Part shown: positions 13,331 to 26,001 of the stretch, in pieces
Position numbering within the stretch: position 1 is the stretch's first letter
Layout of the letters: each line of letters opens with the position of its first letter
Assembly: GCA_030141605.1 (NCBI GenBank)
Contig: JAQGDQ010001234.1
Location: forward strand, 1 to 53,286
Direction of reading: 5' to 3'
Source of the DNA: Tubiluchus corallicola
Taxonomy: Eukaryota; Animalia; Priapulida
DNA: 53,286 nt
The notes under the pieces: model-generated
What the model was told of the DNA's origin: nothing
What the model saw: the letters and a program-made list of their open reading frames with translations, nothing else
The model's database searches: none
Translations under genes and position numbers: made by a program

Positions 13331-13704
13331 TATAATTTAAATCGGAAGTCAAACTCTAGATTTAAACAGACCCACCCTTTATCTATTTTTTCTTCCTTGT
13401 AAGCGGCATAAAAGTTTGTAGTATGATAAAATCACGATCTGTAAAAGTTATAGTAATCTTTAATTATTGCTTTAGTCATTTCAGTACCAAACAAAACAAA
13501 AACAATGTTAAAACAAATAATGGCATGAGGGTTTAATTATTAAATAAAACAAATCCTTGTGTGGTCCCTCAGGAACCCTATACAACTTACATGTAAGGAT
13601 AAACCTTGCTGTCGCAGTTTTATTTTGTAAATTATTTGCACATTGATGTTACTTACACGTTGCATTTGAACTTTAAACGTGCCGACAATCATGTGCTTTT
13701 GTTA

Positions 13705-14330
13705 CTTAAACTGGAACCAAAACGGATCCTCACACTACCCCCTTGTTCACATGCACTTTGGTTACTTTCTAAATAAAGTGGTACCAAAGTGCACCCTTGC
13801 ATTAACCCCTTGTTCACATGCACTTTGGTTACTTTCTAAATAAAGTGGTACACCAAAGTACACCCTTACATTAACCTGTTGTTCACGTGTACCTTGGTTA
13901 TTTAGTAAATAAAGTTGTACCAGAGTGCACCCTTGCATTACCCCTTGTTCATATGTACCTTGGTTACTTACTAAATAAAGTTGTACCAGAGTGCACCCTT
14001 GCATTACCCCTTGTTCATATGTACCTTGGTTACTTACTAAATAAAGTGGTACCAAAATGCAACCTTGCATTACCCCTTGTTTACATGTACCTTGGTTACT
14101 TACTAAATAAAGTGCTACCAAAATTTTTCGATACTTACTGAAGAAAACGGAACCAAAATGCACCCTTGCATTACCGCATTGTTCACATGTATTTTTCGAT
14201 ACTTACTAAAGAAAACGGAACCAAAATGCACCCTTGCATTACCCCATTGTTCACATGTATTTTTCGATACTTACTAAAGAAAACGGAACCAAAAAGCACC
14301 CTTGCATTACCCCGTTGTTCATGTATTTAT
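13705..14330. repeat. Minisatellite, ~66-69 bp units in two variants
   Basis: Core gcacccttgcattaccccttgttcacatgtac; ~6 units of type ...ttggttacttactaaataaag... then ~3 of type ...ttttcgatacttactaaagaaaacggaacc. Confidence 0.93.
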
Positions 14331-15009
14331 GTGTATTACTTTGAAGTCATCAACAATAGCAAGTATTTCCAATAACTTTAGACGTGGATCCGTTACACAA
14401 TCAACTCTTTCTTGAGACGCTTCCCTGCCTCCTCCCAAAGGCTAGGATTCGTTCGCTTGCCGACTGAATATAGAAGTATGTCAGTTATTCACATCAATTC
14501 TCACCGGCTTCAGGATTTACTCGAGTTTGAATACATGCATCTTTCTGTTGAGGACAGACTTATTGCCCACCATGCAGAGAGCTAGCTAAACATGGATTTG
14601 CTGGAATATCCCTTCTGTAAACAAGAGCATGGAGTGCTTCACCAATCCAGCAGTTTACTTTAGGGATATATTTGTACAAAAATGTGTACCTCGGCGCATA
14701 TCAGCTTTTAGGCACCATTAGGGATATCCCATGAATAATTCAGCAAAATGGCTACAAAGCTCAAGTTCAGTGTAAATAACCGTCTCCCCTGTTGATTTTA
14801 CATTTTATACAACGTGCTATCAGTGTAGAAAGCTTTTGAAGGGTGCATTATACAATCAAAGCAGTGATGCTTATAAGTGATTGTATAAGGACTTTACTGT
14901 TGCCATGGTTTTTAGTTAAAGCTGTCTATTTGTAAACTTTATTTAAATCTGGCGTATGTTAATTCTTATGCTCACGTATGTTAAGCCATTGTAAGACATT
15001 TTTCTTGAG

Positions 15010-15609
15010 CTATGACTCCATGTGCGCGTAATGCGTGATCAGCAATGCTTAATGCGTGATCTGTAATGCGTAATGCGTGATTTGTAATGCTTAATGCGTG
15101 ATCTGTAATGCTTAATGCGTGATCTGTAATGCGTAATGCGTGATCCGTAATGCTTAGTGCGTGATCCGTAATGCGTAATACGTGATCCGTAATGCGTGAT
15201 GCGTATTCAGACGATAACCATCACGTTTAAGTGATCACGCATTACGGATTACGCATCATGTACGCATGGAAACTTTTCCATGTGTTTAAGTATAAACTGT
15301 TGTATACGCATCACGCATCACGCATTACAGATTAGGCGTTATGTACATATGGAAACACTTCCACGTGTTCAAATATAAACTGTTGTATACGCATCACGCA
15401 TAAGGGGTCACGCATCACGCATTACGGATTACGCATTATGTACGCATGGATACTTTTCCACGTGTTTAAATATAAACTGTTGTATACGCATCACGCATTA
15501 CGGATTACGCGTTATGTACACATGGAAACACTTCCACGTGTTCAAATATAAACTGTTGTATACGCATCACGCATTACGGATCACGCGTTACGCGCACATA
15601 GATCGTAGG
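15010..15609. mobile_element. Foldback-like MITE with repetitive inverted arms
   Basis: Ends atgtgcgcgtaatgcgtgatc / gatcacgcgttacgcgcacat. The left arm is (taatgcgtgatc..)n; the right arm has the reverse-complement motifs within ~75-90 bp tandem units. Confidence 0.65.
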
Positions 15610-16367
15610 CTTATTGTACAAAGGATACGAAACGTTCGCTATTTAAGCCTGACACATTGTTCGTCAGTTTATAGTTGTAATCTTTGGACTAAAATAATAT
15701 TAATTTATTACTATATTAATAATATTATTAATTTAATAAGTTAACGTCTGTTTCCTACACAGCTGTGGTAAAATTCTTCAAATACAGATATGGTACTGGA
15801 GCTTCTAGAATCTGTGTAGAAAATGATATTACTCGTTTTAAAGTTATTTCTGTATAGAAAATTATACTTGCCATTTTAAAGTTATTTTACGTAAATGTAT
15901 ATAATTTTAGATACCATATTTTAAACTCCTCTTAATGGTCTCTATAAACTTATAATTTGCAACAGTAAAGTTTTTATATGTTAAAAATTTTTGCCTATTC
16001 GAATAGAATTGTAATGTGTGTCATTTATGTAAATATTTTAACTGGTTTTGTCTTTTTGTAAATTTGTAAGTTTATGCTTATATAATTACTTTTCTTAATA
16101 ATTGTATTTTAGTGGCGTAAGACTTTATTTATTAAATAAATAAATATCCAGGCGCAGTTAATTAATTCTATTAACGAGCTAATAATTAAACGTGTTTCGA
16201 TCGTTGAAAGCATGTACCTTTAACAAATAAGAGGTTTCTGGTTCGAGCCTCGCATATCCACAACCAAATTTTTGCTTGTTTTTAGGATCATAAGAACATT
16301 TTCTTCTGAGAGCGAAAAAACGCGCCAATAAAAATGCCAAATTAGATAGTTTTTCTAAGTTTGCTAA

Positions 16368-16555
16368 GTTTTTTTTACATTCAGTAGCTAAACAAGTTTC
16401 CTAACAGCCTGCTACGTTTTTTTTACATTCAGTATCTAAACAACAGTGCTATCAGCCTGCTACGTTTTTTTTACATTCAGTAGCTAAACAACAGTACTAT
16501 CAGCCTGCTACGTTTTTTTTTACATTCAGTATCTAAACAACAGTGCTATCAGCCA
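16368..16555. repeat. ~47-bp tandem repeat, 4 copies
   Basis: ttttttttacattcagtagctaaacaacagtgctatcagcctgctacg. Confidence 0.9.
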
Positions 16556-17240
16556 TGCTTCTGACTCATGCAAAGTCCTTCAGGGCAATCAATCACTGGA
16601 AAACATTATGAATTCCGTAGCCACTGATTGTTTTTGCATTGAGTGGACGAGGCGGGCAGAAAATACGCATTTATTAGGATTATTCGATTGAGCGATTAGG
16701 GAAATGATTTTTAATGACTTGGATGATTCGTCATCTCTGTGATTAAACCTCACAATGTCTCAGTTTAAGCTGATAATTTATCACATCGAGTCGAATATAA
16801 ATTACTTAACATGCGACCTGATTTAAAGATTAAATTTTTGGTTGAATTTTTTTTATGTTATTCCAATATGCTGCTTCTGTTAGTCTTAACCTGGACATTT
16901 CCCATCCTTCTTATCAGTCCAATTTTCCACGGGCTTCTTATCTGTGGAATTTTCTATCGCAAATTATTTATCCATGTGAACTACAAAGGCACTTACAAGG
17001 GGATCAACAGATATGTTTTATTACCAGTACATTGGTTATTCTGTATCCATAATTCTATACATATTATATACTGACATACTTCTATATTATAGATATTATA
17101 GTTGCTACAGAAGATTACAACTATATCTATACATGGAAATTTCAGATCTGGGGACATGGCCACGTTTTTGCCTTTCTTCTGTAGTCTGAGTGGCTAATAG
17201 CTGTCTTTGGTGGCATTCTGTAAAAACTAAAAATATGCAA

Positions 17241-17914
17241 TATTTATGTCTTATCAACTGTTTGTAGTGTGTTATTTATGTCTTATCAACTGTTTGTAGT
17301 GTATTATTTATGCCTTATCAACTGTTTGTAGTGTGTTATTTATGTCTTATCAACTGTTTGTAGTGTATTATTTATGTCTTATCAACTGTCTGTAGTGTGT
17401 TATTTATGTCTTATCAACTGTTTATAGTGTATTATTTATGCCTTATCAACTGTTTGTAGTGTGTTATTTATGTCTTATCAACTGTTTGTAGTGTATTATT
17501 TATGTCTTATCAACTGTTTGTAGTGTGTTATTTATGTCTTATCAACTGTTTATAGTGTATTATTTATGCCTTATCAACTGTCTGTAGTGTGTTATTTATG
17601 TCTTATCAACTGTTTATAGTGTATTATTTATGTCTTATCAACTGTCTGTAGTGTGTTATTTATGTCTTATCAACTGTTTGTAGTGTATTATTTATGTCTT
17701 ATCAACTGTCTGTAGTGTGTTATTTATGCCTTATCAACTGTTTGTAGTGTATTATTTATGCCTTATCAACTGTCTGTAGTGTGTTATTTATGTCTTATCA
17801 ACTGTTTGTAGTGTGTTATTTATGCCTTATCAACTGTTTGTAGTGTGTTATGTATGCCTTATCAACTGTTTGTAGTGTGTTATTTATGCTTTAACAACTG
17901 TTTGTAGTGTGTTA
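17241..17914. repeat. 32-bp minisatellite, ~21 copies
   Basis: tttatgtcttatcaactgtttgtagtgt(a/g)tta. Confidence 0.97.
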
Positions 17915-18199
17915 GTAACAGATTCAAAATATGGTTAGGAAATTTATTTTAATTTAGTTACCTTTGTTAAAATCCTATTGTTCCGTTTCCTATTTCGAAC
18001 CGAAAAAATGTAAAATATATATTTTTATGTGTGTAATAACAGATCTTTTTTTTTGCTCGTTACTGTCGTATTTAGATTGTTATTTAGATAAAATGCAGCA
18101 GCTATTATAAATAAGTTAGATAAACAAAACCGTAACGTGTTTACATTCGTCGTTAAGCTTATCACAAACACTAGTCACTGTTGTCATTTAAGTTTCAAA

Positions 18200-18580
18200 C
18201 GTGTTTAAAAATTCAAACAAAACCGACGTGTTCAGAACGTCTTCTGGGACTCGTTAATGATGCATCCTTCACAGAACGAAGATTTTTGAAGGCAGCTGAA
18301 ATGTGGCAAGAGATGTGTGCTCCTCTGGTGCTCCAGGGAATCCTGCTATACTGTAATCATTGAACAACATAACCTGGGGCGAGAACCATTTGCATTTTAT
18401 CGATTTATTGGAAAACTTTGTAATTGAGGCTGCAGCAAACTAAGTGGCTTTTCCGTCAAAACATCAGCAGCGGTTTAACTCGTTTTAATCATTGAAATTC
18501 GTTGAGTTATTTTGAGAGAAAATGAAAGCGACAAGTCAAAAACGTGGTGTGTTTAGCCTTAATCTACTGAGCAAACACCT
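18200..18580 (+). pseudogene. Possible hAT transposase relic
   Basis: ERLLGLVN, then AAN(x)SG and WC..SLNL across frameshifts, in the order of the hAT motifs ERFLGF, YDGAANMSG and HCxAHxLNL. Very degraded. Confidence 0.3.
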
Positions 18581-18935
18581 TCTACATTTTCCCACCTGGA
18601 GAGAGTGACATTAAGCTCCATTCACATGAAAACTTGTATTCCCAAAGCCAAGGTGTCTTGTTAAATAAGATTTGATGAAGAGCTCGTAATTTTCGTTTCA
18701 CAAAATACTTATAACTTTTTAGGATCAAGGGAGTAGAAATTATAACAATAATCAAATAGTCGTTGTTTTTGGTGCTGAAGCAGTGCCTTTTAGTGCTGTA
18801 TTATTTATAATATATATACATATCATCTTTATTCACACAATGATTGCATTACGTGTGATATATAATAGGGTAAGTGGTGGAATTTACACTGATAAATACA
18901 TTATGTGTTTCCTATAAATTAGAATAGAAACAGAT

Positions 18936-19173
18936 GTGGATTGTGTTACTAACTACAGAAGTTCGAGCAGTGTTTACATGTCAAAATCTAAGTTGGATTG
19001 TGTTACTAACTACAGAAGTTCGAGCAGTTTTTACGTATCAAAACTAAGTTGGATTGTGTTACTAACTAGAGAACTTCGAGCAGTGTTTACATGTTAAAAT
19101 CCAAGTTGGATTGTGTTACTAACGTTACTAACTAGAGAAGTTCGAGCAGTGTTTATATATCAAAATCTAAGTT
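18936..19173. repeat. ~56-bp tandem repeat, 4 copies
   Basis: gttggattgtgttactaactacagaagttcgagcagtgtttacatgtcaaaatctaa. Confidence 0.9.
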
Positions 19174-20242
19174 AATTGGACAGTACAAGACAATCTCATA
19201 GTTTTAAAAAGATGAGATAGCATGACATCGCAGATACATGGCTTTGGATATACATGTAGTAAATTAAAATTTTCGCTCAACTATGTTTTGACAGCTTAAT
19301 TTGTATATATAATACTTATATAAATGCCTTCTACTGTTGGCAAATCCTTTTTCCATACTTGTTTAATATGATGTATGTGTTTTGTAATTATAATTTGTTA
19401 TGTGCTTGTGTTTGAATAATTGTTTTTCAGTGTAATTGTGTAATTGTTGTATGCTTGTAATCTTGTTATTGTCACTCATCTTTGCACCTGCATTGTATTA
19501 TATTATTGTGTTTTCTACGTGCACATTGTATCATTTACTAATATGTACTGTACCATTTGCATATGTAATAAATAATAAAAAATTCTGCAAGTCAAGATTA
19601 CAATTGGACATTATTCAGTACATGTATATAGCAATGAACGCTAATATACGGTATGCCTCAAGGGACTATTCTAAGTCCCATATTCTCTGATGATTATATC
19701 AATGTTAAACAAATATCAACTGATGATTGCTGGTAACCATTCGGCTGTAAAGGGTGATTACCAGATGTGGCTTATCGGATGCCAAAGGGTTAAACAAACA
19801 TGGCTTCTCGGCTATTAGAGGGTTAAACAGACATGATTCTTCAACTTATTACGTGTGAAATGATTTCATTATTGATAACACATTGATAAAGAAAATGGAT
19901 GTCTTAGCGATGTCGGGTTTAACTGCTTCGCGTCAAGCTTTTTTCTTTCCTTCCCAGCCGATCGATCATCGTCCAATTTCGTCACTAGTTCATTAGATAA
20001 TATCGCCCTGGGGGCTACGTCAGACTCCATTATGCGTAACGAACAAATTCATTAGACTAATTAATGGACGCAATGTAGGCTTAATTAAGTAATTAATTAA
20101 TTTGGTTACATGAATATTACTTTGCTTGAAATTTATTGTCGATTACATTAAAGTATAAGGCTAGTGACTATGGATCGATTCATACGCTGCAGTCTATCAT
20201 TATATGATATTGTAAAGGTATTAGTGAGTGATTATGCTTTAT

Positions 20243-20498
<256 letters not shown>

Positions 20499-20861
20499 GA
20501 CTAACACTATACTTGTAAGAGAGGCAACGAAGAGGTACAGTACCTGCTTTTTATGCAGCGCCTTTCCAAAATGCAGGTGCTAGTGCCCGTCTAACTAGCA
20601 AATGGCGAAACATGTAACAGCGAAGATTTAATGGCGCGAACGCGAAATCGTGTTTGTGTGGTAGCAATCCTTGTGTGGGCCATGTTCGTGGCTTCTTAGT
20701 GTTTGTAAATCCCGATGAAACCCACGTGGATTTTTGACATGATGCAGCTTCACTTGTCTGTTTACTTGCTAGTCTTTTAAGGACTGTTTCGATTGCACTG
20801 AGGCATCACTGAGGGTTGCCAGCTGGTGCATGTGTTTGCAAGCTTTGAACGTAGTTGAACG

Positions 20862-21157
20862 AAGGAAGGGTCAAGCCTTCTAGGGGAGGTTTGCCTTACT
20901 TCAGTGTTGGTGAAAAATGTTAGCAGGATTTAGTAATAAAACTGCAATACGCGCCTCGTGTAACTAGTAAAATCACTTTAATATCGCGTCACTTCATGCT
21001 TGGGTGCTCCTATTTTCAATACCCATTTTTCTTCCAATGCCGTGATTCGTCTTGAAGAAAAGTAGCGCACTGTCAAAATCTTCGTCAAAAGTATAATAAG
21101 TTTTTACTAAAAAGGTATAGCTAATTTTTTAATATTTTTGCATGAACATTAGGTAAG
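20862..21157 (-). mobile_element. K1 MITE partial copy
   Basis: Collinear with 4985-5255; truncated where the 21158 simple repeat begins. Confidence 0.7.
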
Positions 21158-21160
21158 TTA

Positions 21161-21416
21161 CTGCTGTACCAGCAGCTGTAGCAGTAGCAGTACCAGTAGC
21201 TGTAGCAGTAGCAGTACCAGCAGCTGTAGCAGTAGCAGTACCAGTAGCTGTAGCAGTAGCAGTACCAGTAGATGTAGCAGTAGTAGTACCAGTAGTTGTA
21301 GCAGTACCAGTAACTGTAGCATTAGAAGTAGCTGTAGCAGTAGCAGTACCAGTAGCTGTAGCAGTACCAGTAACTGTAGCATTAGAAGTAGCTGTAGCAG
21401 TAGCAGTACCAGTACT
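21161..21416. repeat. Compound (GCA/GTA/CCA) repeat, ~24-bp higher unit
   Basis: ccagtagctgtagcagtagcagta repeated. Confidence 0.93.
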
Positions 21417-21419
21417 AGT

Positions 21420-22060
21420 TTATTGAGCACAAAAATTATTATTTACAATCTTTGACAGGGACAGCAGAATTGAAACATTTCATAATCCAAAATTTTCTAC
21501 TTTTCCGGAAGCAGCAGCATTATACAAAGGTTAAAAAAGTTCACAATAACAAATTTTCATTCAATGTCAGTAAAAAATATGATAATGATTGAGGTGAGGT
21601 TACAGAATTTATAGAACTGTGACACTTCATTATAGTACCTGCAATTATTAGTGTGTTCTCGTATTCATAAGCTTTTGAAGTGTTAAAACAGATCTCAAAT
21701 ACCAAATTTGAATTCATAATTGACCTTAAGGATGTAGTCTACATTGTTAAATCTTAAGGATGTAAAATTTACATTGTTGAATCTTCTTCTAGTTTCATCT
21801 GCTAAATGACAGTCCAGCAAAACGTGATTTTCAGTTTGGATTTCTCAGAAAGGTCTGGCTACTAAACCTTTTGAAAATGGTCAGTTTCAAGAAGCATTTG
21901 AGAAACCCTGTTTGGGCTTTCAAAAACCAAATTCGAAGCTCGATTAAATTTTGCTCTTTCTTTGCTCTTTATCTGCCAAAACATGTCATTCCATCTAAAC
22001 ATAAGAAATTAGTGCCAAAAATAACAAAAAATAATAATAGCCAAAAGTCACTTTTACATA
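21420..22060 (-). pseudogene. Possible degraded LINE 3' end
   Basis: Minus frame CRYYNEVSQFYKFCN..IFLL resembles GRY...CxxC...HFLLxC; aataaa on the minus strand lies directly before the simple-repeat tract. Confidence 0.3.
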
Positions 22061-22353
22061 ATTAAGAGTTATATACTGTACTGTCATATTAATTAATACT
22101 TAGTTGTTATTTTAAACTAAATTTAAGTTTATTAAAGTAATTAGAGAATATACATACGTTATTAGCCCCAAATCATGAGCAATTGTAAGCAGATAACGAC
22201 AATATCTTATTAACTTATCATGACACGTCTTCACTTCACAGTAGGCCTCTGACCCAGATCAAATTGATCACGTGATTATGCCAAAAAACGGCCACAAGGT
22301 GGCCAAAGCCAACAATAAGCGAAGGCCGCCAAGCACGCCAATGCAAGATTTCC

Positions 22354-23490
22354 AGTACAAACCCTGTTTGCTTGAGCTATACCTGGTTGTGTCAGCTGAC
22401 TCTAGAGCCCCCTCTCCCATCCCACCTCAGCTTCTCACTATTCTGACAGCGTGCTCGTAGATTACTTGTACCCTGACCCTGTTTGCTTGAACCATACCTG
22501 ATTGTGTCAACTGACTCTAGAGCCCCCTCTCCCACCCCACTTCAGCTTCTCAGCATTCTGACAGCGTGCTCGTAGATTACTTGTACCCTGACCCTGTTTG
22601 CTTGAACCATACCTGATTGTGTCAGCTGACTCTAGAGCCCCCTCTCCCACCCCACCTCTCCTCAGCATTCTGACAGCGTGCTCGTAGATTACTTGTACCC
22701 TGACCCTGTTTACTTGAACCATACCTGATTGTGTCAGCTGACTCTAGAGCCCCCTCTCCCACCCCACCTCTCCTCAGCATTCTGACAGCGTGCTCGTAGA
22801 TTACTTGTACCCTGACCCTGTTTACTTGAGCCATACCTGATTGTGTCAGCTGACTCTAGAGCCCCCTCTCCCACCCCACCTCTCCTCAGCATTCTGACAG
22901 CGTGCTCGTAGATTACTTGTACCCTGACCCTGTTTGCTTGAACCATACCTGATTGTGTCAGCTGACTCTAGAGCCCCCTCTCCCACCCCACCTCTCCTCA
23001 GCATTCTGACAGCGTGCTCGTAGATTACTTGTACCCTGACCCTGTTTACTTGAACCATACCTGATTGTGTCAGCTGACTCTAGAGCCCCCTCTCCCACCC
23101 CACCTCTCCTCAGCATTCTGACAGCGTGCTCGTAGATTACTTGTACCCTGACCCTGTTTACTTGAACCATACCTGATTGTGTCAGCTGACTCTAGAGCCC
23201 CCTCTCCCACCCCACCTCTCCTCAGCATTCTGACAGCGTGCTCGTAGATTACTTGTACCCTGACCCTGTTTACTTGAGCCATATCTGGTTGTGTCAGCTG
23301 ACTCTAGAGCCACCTCTCCCACCCCACTTCAGCTTCTCACTATTCTGACAGCGTGCTCGTAGATTACTTGTACCCTGACCCTGTTTACTTGAGCCATACC
23401 TGGTTGTGTCAACTGACTCTAGAGCCCCCTCTCCCACCCCACCTCTCCTCAGCATTCTGACAGCGTGCTCGTAGATTGCTTGTACCCTGA
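22354..23490. repeat. 112-bp minisatellite, ~10 copies, highly homogeneous
   Basis: Period 112, seen in ORF-track coordinates 22622/22734/22846/22958/23070; unit contains gtcagctgactctagagccccctctcccaccccacc. Confidence 0.97.
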
Positions 23491-24072
23491 TGAGACGTAA
23501 TTTCTTACATGACCTAAAGCGATCAAATCTACATTACTGCTATCAGAGGCCCAGGAACAATGCTCGTAAATTGATGGTTAGTTCTTGAGCTGGGATGTGA
23601 TCAGGATTCACCGAGTAGCTGTCTAGTTTATATGCATGCAAATGGCTGCACGTAGCTAAAATTACCGGGGGTGCTGCAAAATTAAAAAAATAGTCATTGT
23701 TTTAATACTGTGTACAACGAAACTAATACATGTAATTGTAATTTTACACAAACAAACTGCGAAAGTTTATACATAAACTTGATAAAATCCTAAACAAAAA
23801 TATGTTTTTTGCTAATAGCCTAAATTGTCGCAGTTCAAACTTGATTCAATCACGGTAAGCACGTGACAACTGACAACAAACTGTGTGAGTGACAATACTT
23901 TCTCTACCTGAGCTCAGACATGTGCGCATGCGCAGAAAAGCCAAACACCGCGTTGCTGGAACGCACTGTACTGGGCTGTGAAACAAACAGTACTACCCTC
24001 CCGTGCTCTGGTTCCGCACAAGTATAAAAAAGAACTAAAGAAAAAAGACTTATTATATTGTATATTATTGAT

Positions 24073-24620
24073 GGCTGGCATCCTTCTGTCTCGGAAGACA
24101 ATGGAATGTGCGCCAAGAGAGTCAGTTATTGATCACATTGATGCAGCTGCAGCGTCGACTATGGCTGAGCAGTCCGATCCTTGAACGTCTCCAGGGCGCA
24201 CGCCTGGGCAAGGTGTATGGAGATCCTGAGTTGCAAAGACAACAGGAACCCCCTCTCTTCCTCCCTGGTGTAGTCCAAAGGAAAGCGGAGCGATACGTTT
24301 GGCACCAGGTTGGCTGCAGGAGCTGCCGGAGTCAGTGAGCATGGTGCACTGGTCCACCTTCGGGGCTCCACTCCTGATTTGGAAGGTTTATTCCTCTACA
24401 CATGGCCGTTGGGTCACATGACCTCCTCCGCCCTCTAGCCGTCGGCTGCTTGTGCAGCTCCTCTGCCTAGTGACACGACGTAGTGTGGGCATCCCGCAAG
24501 CCTACACCACCTGGTATTCCTAGGCAGTCACCCATCCAAGTACCTACCAGGCTCTACGTTGCTTAACTTCGGTGATCAGACGAGAACCGGTGTTTTCAAC
24601 GTGATTTGACCGAAGTCTGA
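24073..24620 (-). mobile_element. Full-length 5S-rRNA-derived SINE (SINE3 type) with RTE-derived tail, copy A
   Basis: Reverse complement of 24498-24617 is a 120-nt 5S-like head (...CCGGTTCTCGTCTGATCACCGAAGTTAAGCAACG...GTACTTGGATGGGTGACTGCCTAGGAATACCAGGTG...GGCTT). It runs into ~420 bp of body with no oligo-T terminator. The tail encodes SRIGLLSHSRRCS (RTE ORF C-terminus) and ends ccattgtcttccgagacagaaggatgcca. An 11-bp target-site duplication atattattgat lies at 24062-24072 and 24621-24631. Confidence 0.9.
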
Positions 24621-25072
24621 ATATTATTGATAATATTGAGTGAAAACAGGGGGCGCTGCAATTCCACAGGAACACGAGCCGCCACTGTATACATGCAAAT
24701 GGCTAACCCAGGAATTATCATGCTTGCCTGGGATACAAATGATACTAAATCACAGGATTACCGTTGTTCGTCTTGATTTATTACTGACACGGTTCGATAC
24801 TGTACAATCGATAATCCACGCAAGATTATCTGCGGTAATAATCGTTAGTCACTTCGTTATGCTGACGTTGCTGCTGCCGGCTACCTAGTTTTCTCTGCTT
24901 GGCTGCTTTTGCTTTGAACACTCTGCATCTCGAGCAGAAAAATCGGTAAAACTGACCGCCTGCATTGCGTAATAAAATTCTAACAACTGCAGTTGGCGTT
25001 TTTACATTTATAAAAGGCCATTCAGATCTGTATATTTGTCTGCGTATATGAAATCGAATAGGCCGTATAAAA

Positions 25073-25464
25073 TAAGCCTTTTCCGAGTTTCGTTGTGCGC
25101 ATGCGCAGTTGCTGTAGGTCAAAGGTCAAGTGTGCCAGGGTAAAGCGTCTTAAGTACAATCGCCTAGTGACATGTTGGTAAAGCAAAGCCGTCTGTCGCA
25201 TCAGTTCAGTAACTTCAGTTCTTTTAATTGGACTTTACTTATATATGCATTAGTCTGTGTATAGAGTGATTTACTAGCAGGATCTTGCTTGGGAACAAGA
25301 AAAAATTAACTAGGTAAGATTCTAGCTAGATGTTAAAACTGTTACTATTACAACAGCATGAGCTGCGAGGCATTGTCAAGTGTACACAAATACGTTGTCT
25401 GGTGCACTTAACCTTCGACCTTTTCACGATCATCATCAATCGCTGGAATTGTAAGAAGGTTTAT
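25073..25464 (+). mobile_element. MITE family H, near full-length
   Basis: Ends at|aagccttttcc ... aagaaggttt|at, with sub-terminal inverted ggtcaaaggtcaagtgtgccag / ctggtgcacttaaccttcgacc. Confidence 0.75.
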
Positions 25465-26001
25465 TATAATACTGTTTCTTGGTGTGTGCTATTTGCCTTA
25501 TTCACAGATGTGTAGGCATTTAAACGTGTCTAAGCAACTCTCCCAGTTAAGTATCTTATCTGAAAGGATTATAACTGATGGAGAGATAATCCACTTAATG
25601 CACCTAAGTACGGCCTACCATCCTGATTTGCAAAAGTAATAAATTCAACTTTCAAAAGCTTCACATTCACTCGCAGTTAGATATCTAGTAACTACATGAG
25701 TTTACAGCCAAAGAGAGGGTTTAAAACTGAGTCGAATTATTCGGAGCATCAAAAATCGTTTTTTTTTTCAATTAAACATCCCATTTCCCCATCCACCTAA
25801 TTCAATTCCGACTAAAAAAACTCGCTTATGAAAATTTCAGCAGAGAACAAAGCAGATCATAATCTGTATGCAGCGCTGACCCACATTTGTCGCAAGATTC
25901 TCCTCCTGGGAGGAAGAGGCTGCAGCTTGGATTAGATTTATACTCGGTAATAGACGTTGTCAGCAAAATGTGGGATGTATCGGGGGTATTAAGCTTCCAA
26001 C

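Noticed and set aside
16200-16265. tRNA or tRNA-SINE head (ggttcgagcc B-box)
   Set aside because: No convincing A-box or cloverleaf, and no second copy in the window.
14400-17200. Further LINE relics at ~14400-14760 and ~16590-17200
   Set aside because: Only faint motif resemblance; too degraded to support.
24498-24617. Functional 5S rRNA gene (also 28955-29068)
   Set aside because: No oligo-T terminator; fused to a shared SINE body, flanked by a TSD, with substitutions and a deletion. It is a SINE head.
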